A stretch of 64,000 nucleotides of DNA from Candidatus Helarchaeota archaeon (GCA_019058315.1 JAHPZH010000001.1:725069-789068); one strand, 5' to 3'; numbered from the stretch's first letter, positions 30,089 through 41,550 are shown. The notes: generated by a model from the sequence alone, not told the origin. Made by a program: numbers and translations.

Positions 30089-31246
30089 TTGAAAAAAATT
30101 AAAATTATAACTGTTCTAAAAGATCGAATTAGAAACTTATTAGATAAATATGGGAATATGGGATTATATCGCATAGGACTTTTATTATTTAATTATTTAC
30201 AACATAAACAAATCAAAGCTCTATATCAAGAATATTTAAAAGTTTTAAAAAATAAACCTAAAAATGCCAAATCTATTCTATTTTTTCCCTCAGGTTTTTA
30301 TCAAACTCTCCCCTCTGGTAAATTTCGTTGTTATAACGTTGCCAAATATTTAAAATCTAAAGGATATTTTACAATTGTTGTTTCACCTAAATTAGGAAAG
30401 TACCAACGTAAAATGATATTAAAAAATCTAAAACCAGATTGGGTTTGGATTCAGAAGGCATATCACCCATTAAATAGATATAAATATTTTAGAAATTACA
30501 AGGTCCTCTTTGATTTAGATGATGCAGACTTTTTTAATCCATTTTTAAGAAAAATTATTCATGAATTCTTTAAAAAATTACAAATTATTACTTGTGGGAG
30601 TGAATTTATAAAAAATTATGCAAGGAAATTCTCTGATAATGCATATAAAATTTGGACACCCTTTCCTGTTGACAAAGATAAGATATTCAAAGTCCAAACT
30701 AAAGATCAAATAATTATTGGATGGACTCCAAATAATGCTGATGCAAATTATGAAAGTATAAAATTGCTTTATAAACCACTTGTAAACTTACATAAGAAAT
30801 ATAATATTATATTTAGAATTGATGGGAGAGGTGTAAAAAAAGTTGGGGAATTATTTTCGAATTTAGACTGGGTTCAAATTATTTATACACATCCTTATAA
30901 ACTTTTTTTAAAGAAACTTAAGGAAATTGATATTGGGATTCATCCATTAAACAAAACAACTCGTAATTTGGCTAAAAGTTTTGGAAAGACTCTAAATTAT
31001 ATGAATGCTGGCATCCCTTGTGTGGTAAGTAATATTGGAGAAAATTCAATATTTTTTAAAGATGGAATAAATGGATTTCTAGCAAGTACTCCCGAAGAAT
31101 GGGAATTAAAACTTGGGAAACTTGTTAAGGATCAAAAATTAAGAGAAAAATTTGCAAACTTAGCTTTCAAAGATATGAGAAAAGAGTTATCCTTAAGTAA
31201 TATATGTAAGAAATATGTTTTATTACTGTTTGGCGAAGATATATAA
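30089..31246 (+). CDS. GT-B glycosyltransferase (GT4-like)
   Basis: FDLDDA, KSFGKTLNYMNAGIPCVVS, DGINGFLA. Confidence 0.85.
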   Translation: MKKIKIITVLKDRIRNLLDKYGNMGLYRIGLLLFNYLQHKQIKALYQEYLKVLKNKPKNAKSILFFPSGFYQTLPSGKFRCYNVAKYLKSKGYFTIVVSPKLGKYQRKMILKNLKPDWVWIQKAYHPLNRYKYFRNYKVLFDLDDADFFNPFLRKIIHEFFKKLQIITCGSEFIKNYARKFSDNAYKIWTPFPVDKDKIFKVQTKDQIIIGWTPNNADANYESIKLLYKPLVNLHKKYNIIFRIDGRGVKKVGELFSNLDWVQIIYTHPYKLFLKKLKEIDIGIHPLNKTTRNLAKSFGKTLNYMNAGIPCVVSNIGENSIFFKDGINGFLASTPEEWELKLGKLVKDQKLREKFANLAFKDMRKELSLSNICKKYVLLLFGEDI

Positions 31247-31303
31247 AATATATTAACCTACTTAAATTTAAAATTATATTTCGATTAATTTTCAAGAATA
31301 AAA

Positions 31304-32533
31304 ATGATAAATTCCAATTTGAAGAAATTAAAAATAATTCACTTACAAGGTACTAGATTTGGTCATTTTGTATATAAAACTCTTTCAGAAAAAGATTATG
31401 GTATCTCCCATAAGAGCTATCAACCTTATTTATGTGAGGAACAAGGAAAACTCGGACATAAAGTAATTGGGATATTATTCTCAAAGGATGGAAAGAGTCT
31501 AATAATTGAAAGGAGAAAATATTATGTATTGTATTTTTTTCCTTCTGGATTTCAACTTCCCTTCCCGCTTAATAAAATTTATAAAGAACCAATTAATCCT
31601 GGTTTATTTTTAAGGATTATAAGGATGAAACCAGATATCATACATTTACATGGGTTATTCACTTATTTTATGTTCTATTTATTTTTAATTCCTTTATTAC
31701 GAATTAAAAAAATAAAAGTAATTTCTCAATTGCGAGGATTAGACCCAGTTAATCCTATTAAAAGTCCACTTAATTTATTTTTTTATATTATCCAATTCTT
31801 ATTATGTAAGTTATCAAATATTGTTTTGTATCTAAATAAAAGAGTTGGTTATTTATTACAGAGATTTAAACTATGTAAAAGAGATAAAATAAAATTAGTA
31901 CCAAATGGTATTGATTTGGAACTTTTTAAACCTTTGAATAAGTCAAAATGTATCCAATCTTTAAAATTAGATACAAATATTCGCTATATATTAATGGTAA
32001 ATCGAATTAAATTACCTCAAAAAGATGTTTTTACAGTTATAGATAGTTTAAAAGATTTTCTGTTAGATAATGAAAATATCAAGCTGATTATAATAGGTGA
32101 TGGACCCGATTTACCCAAATTAAAACATGATATTAAGAAACATAAATTAACAGATAAAATAATTCATTATAATTTTGTAAAATTTGAAGAAATGCCATTA
32201 TTTTATAATTCTTCAGATTGTTTCATCTTACATTCAAAATTTGAAGGAATGCCAAAAGTGATTCAAGAAGCATTTGCTTGTAAGACACCAGTTATCGCAT
32301 CAAATATCTCTTCAATAAGAGATATAGTCAAACACAATAAATCTGGTTTATTAGTTGAATTTCAGAAAAAAGATCAAATATTAGAAGCTGTAAAAACAAT
32401 TTTTTCTAACGATAAACTAAAAAATAAGCTTATTTCTAACGCATTTAATTTTATCCAAGATTATTCTTGGTTTAAAACTAGTAGTAATTTAATAAAATTA
32501 TATAATGCAGAATTAACAAGACGAAATGGATAA
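31304..32533 (+). CDS. Glycosyltransferase family 4
   Basis: PDIIHLH, VPNGID, IGDGP, EGMPKVIQEAFAC. Confidence 0.92.
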   Translation: MINSNLKKLKIIHLQGTRFGHFVYKTLSEKDYGISHKSYQPYLCEEQGKLGHKVIGILFSKDGKSLIIERRKYYVLYFFPSGFQLPFPLNKIYKEPINPGLFLRIIRMKPDIIHLHGLFTYFMFYLFLIPLLRIKKIKVISQLRGLDPVNPIKSPLNLFFYIIQFLLCKLSNIVLYLNKRVGYLLQRFKLCKRDKIKLVPNGIDLELFKPLNKSKCIQSLKLDTNIRYILMVNRIKLPQKDVFTVIDSLKDFLLDNENIKLIIIGDGPDLPKLKHDIKKHKLTDKIIHYNFVKFEEMPLFYNSSDCFILHSKFEGMPKVIQEAFACKTPVIASNISSIRDIVKHNKSGLLVEFQKKDQILEAVKTIFSNDKLKNKLISNAFNFIQDYSWFKTSSNLIKLYNAELTRRNG

Positions 32534-32547
32534 TTCGAGGATAATAC

Positions 32548-34047
32548 ATGAGTTCCAAGGATAATAACGAAAATAATGTTCTTAAAGATGAAGATCTATC
32601 CGATAAAACGGTTAAAGGCGGAGTATGGATATTTTCAATCAGAGTTATTGAAGAATTTATTTATCTCTTAAAAATCATAATTCTCGCAAATTTATTAGAA
32701 CCTAGAGATTTTGGTTTGTTTGGCGTCGCTCTCTTAACATTAGATATCTTAAAAAATTTTACACAAACTGGTTTTGAACGTGCATTAATACAAAAGAAAG
32801 AAAATATTGAATCCTATCTTAATAGTGCTTGGACAGTTATAATTATACGAGGTTTAGGTATATTTCTAATACTTTTTTTTATTGCACCAGTTGGTGCATT
32901 CTATTTTAATGCACCAGAAGCAACACCCTTAATTCAAGTAATTGGAGTATCAATGGTTATAACAAGCCTTGCTAATATAGGTTTTGTCTATTTTGATAAA
33001 GAATTAAATTTCAGCAAACGGTTTATTTATCAAGTAGTTGGAACTCTTCTAGATTTTATTTTAGCAGTTTCTTTTGCATTAATTTTTAGAAACGTATGGG
33101 CAATAATAGTTGGAGTACTTGCTGGAAATGCAGCAAGATCTATTATGAGTTATATTCTCCATCCTTATAGACCTCGATTAAGTTCTGATTTTGGAAAAGC
33201 AAAAGAATTATGGGGTTATGGAAAGTGGATTTTTGCTGCTAGTATTGTAGGATTTCTAATAATTGAAGCAGATGATATTTTTGTTGGGATTTTATTAGGT
33301 GTAACTGCATTGGGTTTTTACCAAATGGCCTATAGAATCTCAAACTTACCTGCTACTGAAATTACAGAAATAGTTGGGCGAGTTACTTTCCCAGCATATT
33401 CAAAAATACAAGATGATAAATCAAAATTAAAAGATGGTTATTTAAAAGTACTAAAATTTGTATCATTTTTAACCTTTTTAGCTGGAGGTTTTATTTTTCT
33501 TTTTGCTTACGAATTTACAAAAATATTTTTAGGACAAAAGTGGGTTCCAATGGTTCTAGCGATGCAAGCACTGGTAATATATGGAATGATTAGATCTCTA
33601 GGGCGTACCACATTTGCTGTATTTCAAGGTATTGGAAAACCAAGAATTTTATTAAAGATAAATTTAATTCAATTTGTAATAATGGCAATCCTAATTTATC
33701 CTTTTAGTGTAAATTATAATATATTGGGTACTTCTATCGTGATAGTGATATCCTCATTAATAGGAAATATAATTAGTTTAATTATAATTTTTAGGACTAT
33801 TAAAGCTGGAAAATGGGAATTTAGTAGATTAATAATCTTTCCTTTAATAAGCATGTCCGTTATGATTTCATCTATTTATTTTGCTAAAATATATTGGAAA
33901 ATACCTATCGGAATAATGCAATTGGGTTTTTTAGCTATTTGTGCATTCTTAATATATATTAGTCTTATTTTTATATTTGAGAAGATATTTAATTATAAAA
34001 TAATTAAAGAATTGTTCGCTATATATAGACAAATAATAAAGCGATAA
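32548..34047 (+). CDS. Oligosaccharide flippase (Wzx/WzxC-like)
   Basis: Multiple TM helices; LANLLEPRDFGL, ALIQKK, LGFYQMAY. Confidence 0.9.
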   Translation: MSSKDNNENNVLKDEDLSDKTVKGGVWIFSIRVIEEFIYLLKIIILANLLEPRDFGLFGVALLTLDILKNFTQTGFERALIQKKENIESYLNSAWTVIIIRGLGIFLILFFIAPVGAFYFNAPEATPLIQVIGVSMVITSLANIGFVYFDKELNFSKRFIYQVVGTLLDFILAVSFALIFRNVWAIIVGVLAGNAARSIMSYILHPYRPRLSSDFGKAKELWGYGKWIFAASIVGFLIIEADDIFVGILLGVTALGFYQMAYRISNLPATEITEIVGRVTFPAYSKIQDDKSKLKDGYLKVLKFVSFLTFLAGGFIFLFAYEFTKIFLGQKWVPMVLAMQALVIYGMIRSLGRTTFAVFQGIGKPRILLKINLIQFVIMAILIYPFSVNYNILGTSIVIVISSLIGNIISLIIIFRTIKAGKWEFSRLIIFPLISMSVMISSIYFAKIYWKIPIGIMQLGFLAICAFLIYISLIFIFEKIFNYKIIKELFAIYRQIIKR

Positions 34048-34101
34048 TTATATTTCCAAATAATCGAAGTTATAATCCAAAGATCCTGTTGAGAAATTAA
34101 T

Positions 34102-34965
34102 ATGAACTCTATTAAATCATTGGTTATGTCATCTTGTTTGAGAAATAAGGATAAATTTTCAAGTATAATAACTAAATATGAAGAACATGGCATCCTACAT
34201 AGTGAAATGCTTGCAGTCTGTTCAGTAATACAGAATTTAGATATCAATCTAATTATAGAATCAGGAAGATACAATGGACAAAGTACAGAAATTCTTGCAA
34301 GGTTTTTTTCAGGAACAAAAATAAAAATAGTTAGTATTGAAATCATAAAAGATCAAAACGCAAAATACGTCGAAGAGAAATTAAAAAAATATTCGAATTT
34401 GATTTTATTGTATGGTGATTCAAAGGATTTAATACCAAAAATTCTAACTATTTATCAAAAGGGTAAAGTGGCTATTTTATTTGATGGTCCAAAGGGAGAG
34501 GCCCCTATAAAGATATTCAAGAAAGTAATTTGCGATTTTCCAAAAGTAAACGTCGGTTTTTTCCATGATATGAGAAAATCCACAGAAAAAATGCCAAATC
34601 CCACTCGAAAAATTATGAAACATTCCTTTAACCGTGTTTTTTTCACAGATAATAATGAATATATTGAAAACTTCAAACAATTGGATTATCCAATTATCAA
34701 AACGGGTATATGGCGTCCTTGGATGAAGGGAAATAACAAAATTGGCAGTTATGGTCCAACATTAGCTGTTGTTCTACCTGTCTCAACGGAACGAGTAATG
34801 GAGTCGGAAGAAGAAAAAACCACCACTTCCAACTTAATTAGTTTTTTAAAGAATACTAAAAATAATTTAAAAAGAATTTTTACGAAAAAAGTTACAAATT
34901 TTAATTTAATAGAAAATATCAAATACATCTTAAGAAATATTAAAAAAGTTATTTATGATAAATAA
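34102..34965 (+). CDS. Putative class I SAM-dependent methyltransferase-like protein
   Basis: IIESGRYNGQST, IVSIE, GDS, LFDGPKG, FFHD. Confidence 0.65.
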   Translation: MNSIKSLVMSSCLRNKDKFSSIITKYEEHGILHSEMLAVCSVIQNLDINLIIESGRYNGQSTEILARFFSGTKIKIVSIEIIKDQNAKYVEEKLKKYSNLILLYGDSKDLIPKILTIYQKGKVAILFDGPKGEAPIKIFKKVICDFPKVNVGFFHDMRKSTEKMPNPTRKIMKHSFNRVFFTDNNEYIENFKQLDYPIIKTGIWRPWMKGNNKIGSYGPTLAVVLPVSTERVMESEEEKTTTSNLISFLKNTKNNLKRIFTKKVTNFNLIENIKYILRNIKKVIYDK

Positions 34966-34997
34966 TAATATTTTAAATATAGAACTTTTCTGTATCA

Positions 34998-36191
34998 TTA
35001 TTTTTTTCTAATTCTTTTAATAATCGCCTCTCGATATACCTTCAAGTAATCATTTGTAATTTTATTTATCTGAAGCTCTCTTTCTACGATTTTTCTTGCA
35101 TTTTTACCCATTTTTTCTCGTTTTTTTTCATCTAATGCAAGTTCGATTATTGCATTTGCTATAGCATCAATAGAATGCAAGGGGACTAAAAAACCACTCT
35201 CTCCATCTTTTATCATTTCTGGATGGGGTCCTGTATTTGTTAAAACAACAGGTTTTGAGCAAGCCATTGCCTCAATTACAACATTCGGATGTCCTTCAAT
35301 TATAGAGGGTAAAACGAATACATCACATCTTGTAAATAAATCCCATTTCCTATTTCCAAAAACTAAACCTGTAAAGATGACTCTTTCTTTCAATTTTAAT
35401 TTAGAAGCTAATCTTTTCAAGTGATTCTCTTCTTTACCTTTGCCTGTAAAAATCAATTTTGCATTTGGAATCTCTTTAAGTACTATTTGAAATGACTTAA
35501 TTAAATCATCAGGACATTTTCTAGGTTCTAAATTCCCTACGAATAGAATAATAAAATCCTCTTCTCTTATTTTATATTGCTTAAGGATTTCTTTCTCTAC
35601 AGAAGGTATTATACTTTTAAGGTCAATACCATTATAAACAACCCGAATCTTCTCCCGATTAGAGCCTGCTTCTATAGCGGGCTTAATCATTGATTTACTT
35701 ACTACGGTATGTAAGGTGGCAAATTTAAGGATTAGTTTTACTAGAATTGCACCCATTTTTTTTAGTCTTAATCCATACCCAATTTCCCTTATCATTAAAA
35801 TATCCATTCCATGAGATGTACAAATTATAGGAATATTTAATAATCTAGCTGCAAGAGCAATGAATCCACCTGGAAAGGCGTTGTGAACATGAACGATATG
35901 AGGTCTTTTTTTTCTTAAAAATCGGTAAAATAATATAAAATTTAAAATTTGACCAATAGAATTGTCTAAAAATTTATTATATAATCTTCTAAATATGGGA
36001 TAAATTCTCATACCACTTAGAATTTTTGTTTTACTTGGTCCAACGCATGTATTTTGAACTATGACTCTATTAGATATTCTAGCTGCATGTTCGTAAGTAC
36101 TTTTATTGATTATTTGCTCATATCTTTGAAAATTAATTATACAGACTTTAATTTTCTTGTTCATTGCATTATCACTTGAAACAAAATTCAA
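34998..36191 (-). CDS. Glycosyltransferase family 4
   Basis: VHVH, TSHGMD, YNGID, EGHPNVVIEAMAC. Confidence 0.92.
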   Translation of the reverse strand: MNFVSSDNAMNKKIKVCIINFQRYEQIINKSTYEHAARISNRVIVQNTCVGPSKTKILSGMRIYPIFRRLYNKFLDNSIGQILNFILFYRFLRKKRPHIVHVHNAFPGGFIALAARLLNIPIICTSHGMDILMIREIGYGLRLKKMGAILVKLILKFATLHTVVSKSMIKPAIEAGSNREKIRVVYNGIDLKSIIPSVEKEILKQYKIREEDFIILFVGNLEPRKCPDDLIKSFQIVLKEIPNAKLIFTGKGKEENHLKRLASKLKLKERVIFTGLVFGNRKWDLFTRCDVFVLPSIIEGHPNVVIEAMACSKPVVLTNTGPHPEMIKDGESGFLVPLHSIDAIANAIIELALDEKKREKMGKNARKIVERELQINKITNDYLKVYREAIIKRIRKK

Positions 36192-36339
36192 TTTAAATCT
36201 GGAGTTTCAACTTTAATTATTAATAATATTTTTTTAAAAACGAGAAAAATATTTGAGATTTTTGGTTCTCCTAATATGATAGAATTTGTTCTTTTTTCTT
36301 CCGAAAAAAATTAATATTAATTTCATAAAAAAAAAATCA

Positions 36340-37254
36340 ATGAATAATCTAGAAATTATTTTTAAAAAAATTAAATTTGTATTTCTTAAAATAATAGCCC
36401 AAATTAAATTATATTCTTTAAAATATAACGTAATTAAAAAACTGCATTATTATTTAATTAAGGCTAATCAAAAAAGTAAATTTCTCAAGCCAATTAAGAA
36501 AATATTAAGAAAGAATTCTTATTCTGATAAATTTTTAACTCGATTTAAAAAATCTTTAGAGAGTTTTAATTTATTAAGATTAACTGCACACGGACCTTCA
36601 AGATTTGGTGGAGATGTGATACTAAGCTCAATTATTGATGAAATAATTGAATTTTTCAAAGTGACCTCATTTATAGAAACAGGGACTTATTTGGGTTCAA
36701 CTTCAGCAAATATGGCAAAGTTATATCCAAAATTGCCAATATTTACATGTGAAGTGAATAAAACTTATTATAAAATTGCTAAAGAAGGATTAAAGAAATA
36801 TAGAAATGTTCAAATTGAAAATAATAGCTCTGAATTATTTTTAGCTAAATTAATTAAGAAAAAAAAATCATTTACCTTACCTCTTATTTTCCTTGATGCT
36901 CATTGGTACGATTTTTTACCACTCCCAATTGAAATTGAATTAATATCAACAAACTTGAATAAAAGCATTATAGTTATTCATGATTTCGAGGTACCGAACA
37001 AACCTGAATATGCTTCTGACATATCTAATAGAATGAGTACCCAACCTATAGCTTGTAATTTATCTCTTATCGAGGATAAGTTGAAAAATAAAAAAAATTA
37101 CAGATTATTATTTCCTAATTATACTCTTGAAGCCTCAGAAACGTCCGCATTAACCGGATATGTAGTAATTTTTCAAAATCTAACAGAATCATTTGAAATA
37201 TTTAAAAATGAAAAATTTGTCCAAGATCATTTCCTTGAATATAATATCACTTAA
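36340..37254 (+). CDS. Putative SAM-dependent methyltransferase-like protein
   Basis: FIETGTYLGST, FTCE, IFLDAHW, VIHD; start position uncertain. Confidence 0.7.
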   Translation: MNNLEIIFKKIKFVFLKIIAQIKLYSLKYNVIKKLHYYLIKANQKSKFLKPIKKILRKNSYSDKFLTRFKKSLESFNLLRLTAHGPSRFGGDVILSSIIDEIIEFFKVTSFIETGTYLGSTSANMAKLYPKLPIFTCEVNKTYYKIAKEGLKKYRNVQIENNSSELFLAKLIKKKKSFTLPLIFLDAHWYDFLPLPIEIELISTNLNKSIIVIHDFEVPNKPEYASDISNRMSTQPIACNLSLIEDKLKNKKNYRLLFPNYTLEASETSALTGYVVIFQNLTESFEIFKNEKFVQDHFLEYNIT

Positions 37255-37275
37255 ATTATAAAAACTAATGAATTC

Positions 37276-38379
37276 TTAATCAATATTTAGATTTTTAATT
37301 ATATGTTCTTTAAGAAACTGTATTTTTTTTGAAAGCGTATGTCTATTTAGTATTAAATCTCTCCCATTTTCTCTAATTTTAACATAATTCTCTTTATTTT
37401 TTAAATAGTCATATGCCTGTTTTTTAAAATTTTCCTTATTAAAAATTATACAGTTATTATTGTTTTTAAAGCCCAATAAAGGTAAATCATCTGCCTCTTG
37501 AGCAAATAATAAAGATCCACTTGCAGGAACTTCAAAATATTTTGGCATGACCAATTTATATTTTGGGTCTAAAGATCCAGCAGCTATAATTGCATCAAAT
37601 TCTTGTAACCATTTGAAATATTCGGAATCTGTTAAAATTTTATTTATGGATGAATGAGGGAATGTTTTTACAAAATCGAATTTTTTACACCATTTTCTTG
37701 TTTCGTAGATTGCATCTCGTGTTTGACCAAATACCATTATATAATTTTGAGTTGGGGTTCTTATTGGTCCTTTATATATAAATTCATCCGGGATTGATCT
37801 TGGAAACGATATTATCCTTTTCTTGGGGATTTTTTTAAAGTGAAAAAGAGTCGGAGAATAGTATATAGCCAGAATAAAGGAAAAATTATTTTCCAAAATA
37901 TAATCTTGTCTTAATTCTGTATCAAGATGTGGATCACTTAATTCTATATATTTTAATTTTGGTTTTCTTTTCTGATATTTAATAAAAGGTCCACAATAAC
38001 CAGGTTCTGGAGCTATAATAACATCTAAATCCTCCTTATATTTATTATAGTCTTGTTGATTTTCTAGAACAATACAATTTAGATTCTTAATAATTCTATT
38101 GTGTTTATAAGAAGTAATTCCAGCTAACCATTTATTACATAAATGAGCATCTAGATTAAGCACATATCCAACTTTCGGGAAAATTTGAGAATTTGATAAA
38201 ATCCTTTCATTTCTCTCCCTATATTTTTTTTTCAATAGATTATTTCTGGTAATTGACTTAAAATAATTTTTAATTCTATTGATGTCTGATTTTTTAGGGA
38301 TTCTTAAAAATTGTGCAAGAGTATAAAGGAGGTATGAGTTTGAAACTGCATTCTTATAAATTTTTTTAAAGCTTCTCAT
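37276..38379 (-). CDS. GT-B glycosyltransferase (CgeB / Glyco_trans_1_2-like)
   Basis: PKYFEVPASGSLL, IRENGRDLILNRHT. Confidence 0.8.
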   Translation of the reverse strand: MRSFKKIYKNAVSNSYLLYTLAQFLRIPKKSDINRIKNYFKSITRNNLLKKKYRERNERILSNSQIFPKVGYVLNLDAHLCNKWLAGITSYKHNRIIKNLNCIVLENQQDYNKYKEDLDVIIAPEPGYCGPFIKYQKRKPKLKYIELSDPHLDTELRQDYILENNFSFILAIYYSPTLFHFKKIPKKRIISFPRSIPDEFIYKGPIRTPTQNYIMVFGQTRDAIYETRKWCKKFDFVKTFPHSSINKILTDSEYFKWLQEFDAIIAAGSLDPKYKLVMPKYFEVPASGSLLFAQEADDLPLLGFKNNNNCIIFNKENFKKQAYDYLKNKENYVKIRENGRDLILNRHTLSKKIQFLKEHIIKNLNID

Positions 38380-38495
38380 TTCGTTCCCAATTTTTAAGAA
38401 TCTTCATTATTATTTTTTTAAAGAATCAACAAACTAGATTAAAATAATTTTTTTATTAATTTTCTAACATAAATAAACATTATTTTTAAAGCAGT

Positions 38496-39446
38496 CTATA
38501 TGTTTGGATTTGATTTTGCATACTCTATAAAACTCTTTAACCCCTCCTCTAAACTAACTTTTGGAAAATAGCCTAAAACTTTTTTTGCTTTATCTACATT
38601 TGCAAATGTATGATTTGCATCCCCCTTTACATTTTCCAAAAAAATAATCTCTGATGAACTATCAGTCAATTCAATAATTTTCTGAGCTAATTCTAAAATT
38701 GATATTCTTTTACCTCCCCCAATATTTAATTCCCCCCTTCCTTTTTCCATAGCCAACATATTTGCTTCTATTATATTCTCAATGAATGTAAAATCTCTGG
38801 TCTTCTTCCCATCTCCAAATATTTCGATAGTCGAATTCTGCAATGCCTTATTTGTAAAGATCGAAATTGCAAGATCTGGACGCATTCTTGGACCAAAAAC
38901 AGTAAAATATCTTAAACAAATATAATTTAATCCATAAATTTCATAATAAACCCGAAATAAATGTTCTCCAGCAAGTTTAGAAACGCCATAAGGTGACATT
39001 GGATTCTTTGGATGCTCTTCGTCAAAAGGAAGATAATGAACTGTCCCATAGATAGAAGATGAAGAACCAAATATAATTTTTTTGATATTTGAATCCAAAC
39101 AAGCTTGTAATATGTTTAAAGTCCCCAATATATTTACATTATTAACCTTAACAGGATTTTTTAATGAAAATCTCACTCCAGGTTGAGCAGCTTCATGAAA
39201 AACATATTCAATATTATTTTCACTTATAATTTTTTTCATTAGTATATCGTCTAAAATATCTCCCTCAATTAAATGAAAATTTTCCTTCTCTAATAAATCC
39301 GAGATATTATTTCTTTTAATACTTGGGTCATAATAAGGGTCAAAATTATCTAAACAGTAAACATCAAATTGGTTCTCAGCTAAATGATGACATAGATGGC
39401 CTCCAATAAAACCTGCACCACCCGTAACTAAAATTGCTTGTTTCAT
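38496..39446 (-). CDS. NAD-dependent nucleotide-sugar epimerase/dehydratase
   Basis: TGGAGFIG, HEAAQPGV, SSSSIYG, YGVSK, RDFTF. Confidence 0.93.
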   Translation of the reverse strand: MKQAILVTGGAGFIGGHLCHHLAENQFDVYCLDNFDPYYDPSIKRNNISDLLEKENFHLIEGDILDDILMKKIISENNIEYVFHEAAQPGVRFSLKNPVKVNNVNILGTLNILQACLDSNIKKIIFGSSSSIYGTVHYLPFDEEHPKNPMSPYGVSKLAGEHLFRVYYEIYGLNYICLRYFTVFGPRMRPDLAISIFTNKALQNSTIEIFGDGKKTRDFTFIENIIEANMLAMEKGRGELNIGGGKRISILELAQKIIELTDSSSEIIFLENVKGDANHTFANVDKAKKVLGYFPKVSLEEGLKSFIEYAKSNPNI

Positions 39447-39693
39447 ATCAATCTTTGAATAAATTTATTTTCTAATTTAATATAAAAAATTAAAAAAATA
39501 CGATATTTAAGAATTTTATCATCAAAATAATTTAAAACTCACTCAGATAAATCATTATAATTTTTTTATTAATTTCATGTGATATGAATTAAGTTATAAT
39601 TTAATATTACTCTTATAAAAATTCTCAAATCTTTTCAATCCTCTAAATTGGTTATATTTTTAATCTTATTCTCAAGATATTTTTGTGATTTAA

Positions 39694-40797
39694 TTGAATA
39701 ATTATAATAGAAATATCAAGAAAGTCATGAATAATAATGTTAAATCAATTAGTTCAGATGCAGGCAATCCGGTATTGAAAAAATCATCAAGAATTCATTC
39801 AATCGACACAATGAGGGGTTATCAAATCGTCCTTATGATTGCATGGCATTATTGGGCTTTTCTGAAAACAGGTTATTTCGAAACTAAAATGTATGTGCTA
39901 TTTGTGATGAATCTTTTTGGACAAGTGGCAAATGCACTATTCGTAATCGTAATGGGTGTGTCTATGGTTTTATCAATGGATCAACGGAAAAATAAAGGAA
40001 TGAATTTTAGAGATAACCTAATTCATTGGATAAAAAGAGCAATCATATTCTTTCTATTAAATCAAGTTCTTGTAATTACTTATCTTATAAATTTTGGAGC
40101 TGAAATTACATTTAGTATGTCTGGGTTATATCCTGGATGGATAACATCACTTGGAATAATCGCTATATTTTGTTTTTTATTATTATATGTAAAAAAGTTG
40201 TATCGAATTTTAATCATGATAGTAATTGAATTGCTTTATGAAATGCAATTTATTGATGGTTGGTGGATATTTAATCTATCGGCATTTTTCTATATGACTT
40301 TTGGCACACTTATAGGGGATTTTATCCTTGAGGCAAGACAAAACAATTCTTGGAGGGAATTTCAAGTAAAAATATTTGCTACTGGTGTTATTCTTTTCAC
40401 TTTAGGAATTCTTGCAGAACTTTATCTAATTAACACTTATGATTTAACAGTCCCTCATACAACTCCCCAATATGCTCCATTTTTTAATATATATAGTTTA
40501 GGTATGTTTACCTTAGTTTTTTCGATTTTTTTTAGGATTCAAGATTATAAGAGGGAGCGTGGGGTAGCAATAGGACCAATAAGAGTTTTTAGTAATTTAT
40601 CCCTTACTATATTTTACTCTCATCTAATATTATTGGCAAGTTTCTTTATACCAATTGGGATGGGCAATTCATTTTCTGTTTATTCGTTCGTTATTTTTTT
40701 AATGTGTTTCTATATTTCGATCTATTTAATAGGAGTTCTATGGGCTAAAAAGGGTTATATTTATAGTTTTGAATGGATCATTCGGAAATTTAGCTAA
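39694..40797 (+). CDS. DUF1624 / HGSNAT-like transmembrane acyltransferase
   Basis: RIHSIDTMRG...MIAWH, LSLTIFYSH, FEWIIRK. Confidence 0.8.
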   Translation: MNNYNRNIKKVMNNNVKSISSDAGNPVLKKSSRIHSIDTMRGYQIVLMIAWHYWAFLKTGYFETKMYVLFVMNLFGQVANALFVIVMGVSMVLSMDQRKNKGMNFRDNLIHWIKRAIIFFLLNQVLVITYLINFGAEITFSMSGLYPGWITSLGIIAIFCFLLLYVKKLYRILIMIVIELLYEMQFIDGWWIFNLSAFFYMTFGTLIGDFILEARQNNSWREFQVKIFATGVILFTLGILAELYLINTYDLTVPHTTPQYAPFFNIYSLGMFTLVFSIFFRIQDYKRERGVAIGPIRVFSNLSLTIFYSHLILLASFFIPIGMGNSFSVYSFVIFLMCFYISIYLIGVLWAKKGYIYSFEWIIRKFS

Positions 40798-40800
40798 AAA

Positions 40801-41535
40801 TTATAAACTCACCACTGATTTAACTACATTTCCAATAATTATCAAAGCTGGTGGATTTATTCCTTGTTTCTTCACTTTAGATAATATGGTTTCGAGTGTT
40901 GCTGTTAAAATTTTTTGTTTTGGAAAAAACCCCTGCTCTATAATGGCAATTGGTGTTTTTTCTGGTAGACCTCCCATTAGTAAAGATTTAACAATATTTG
41001 AAAGATTTCTTAATCCCATTAATATTACTAGGGTGTCTACTGCTTTAGCCAATAATTCAAAATTGACTCTCTTCTTTTTTTTAGTAGAATCTTCATGTCC
41101 AGTCACAATACCAATTGAGGAGGCGTATTTTCTATGTGTTAAAGGTATATTAAATTGTATTGGAATTGATAATGCACTTGAAATCCCAGGGATTATTTCA
41201 TAATCGATTTTATTTTTAATAAGAAATTCTATTTCTTCGGCACCCCTTCCAAAGATGAAGGGGTCACCACCTTTTAATCTAATGATTTCCATGCCTTTAT
41301 TATAATATTCTATAATCAAATCGTAGATCTTATTTTGAATTTCTCGTTGTTTTCCGTAATCTTTTCCAACTGAAATAATTTTAGCTGTATCTGGTGCAAA
41401 CTTTAAAATTTCTTTATTTACTAATCTGTCGTAAAGGATTACATCAGCCTTTTCTAAAACTTTTAATCCTTTTATAGTTATTAATTCTGGGTCACCAGGA
41501 CCTGCTCCAACTAAAAATACCTTTCCCTTAGGCAA
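40801..41535 (-). CDS. cobA: Uroporphyrinogen-III C-methyltransferase
   Basis: LVGAGPGDPELIT, RLKGGDPFIFGRG, PGISS. Confidence 0.95.
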   Translation of the reverse strand: MPKGKVFLVGAGPGDPELITIKGLKVLEKADVILYDRLVNKEILKFAPDTAKIISVGKDYGKQREIQNKIYDLIIEYYNKGMEIIRLKGGDPFIFGRGAEEIEFLIKNKIDYEIIPGISSALSIPIQFNIPLTHRKYASSIGIVTGHEDSTKKKKRVNFELLAKAVDTLVILMGLRNLSNIVKSLLMGGLPEKTPIAIIEQGFFPKQKILTATLETILSKVKKQGINPPALIIIGNVVKSVVSL

Positions 41536-41550
41536 TTTGAATCCGTTCCT

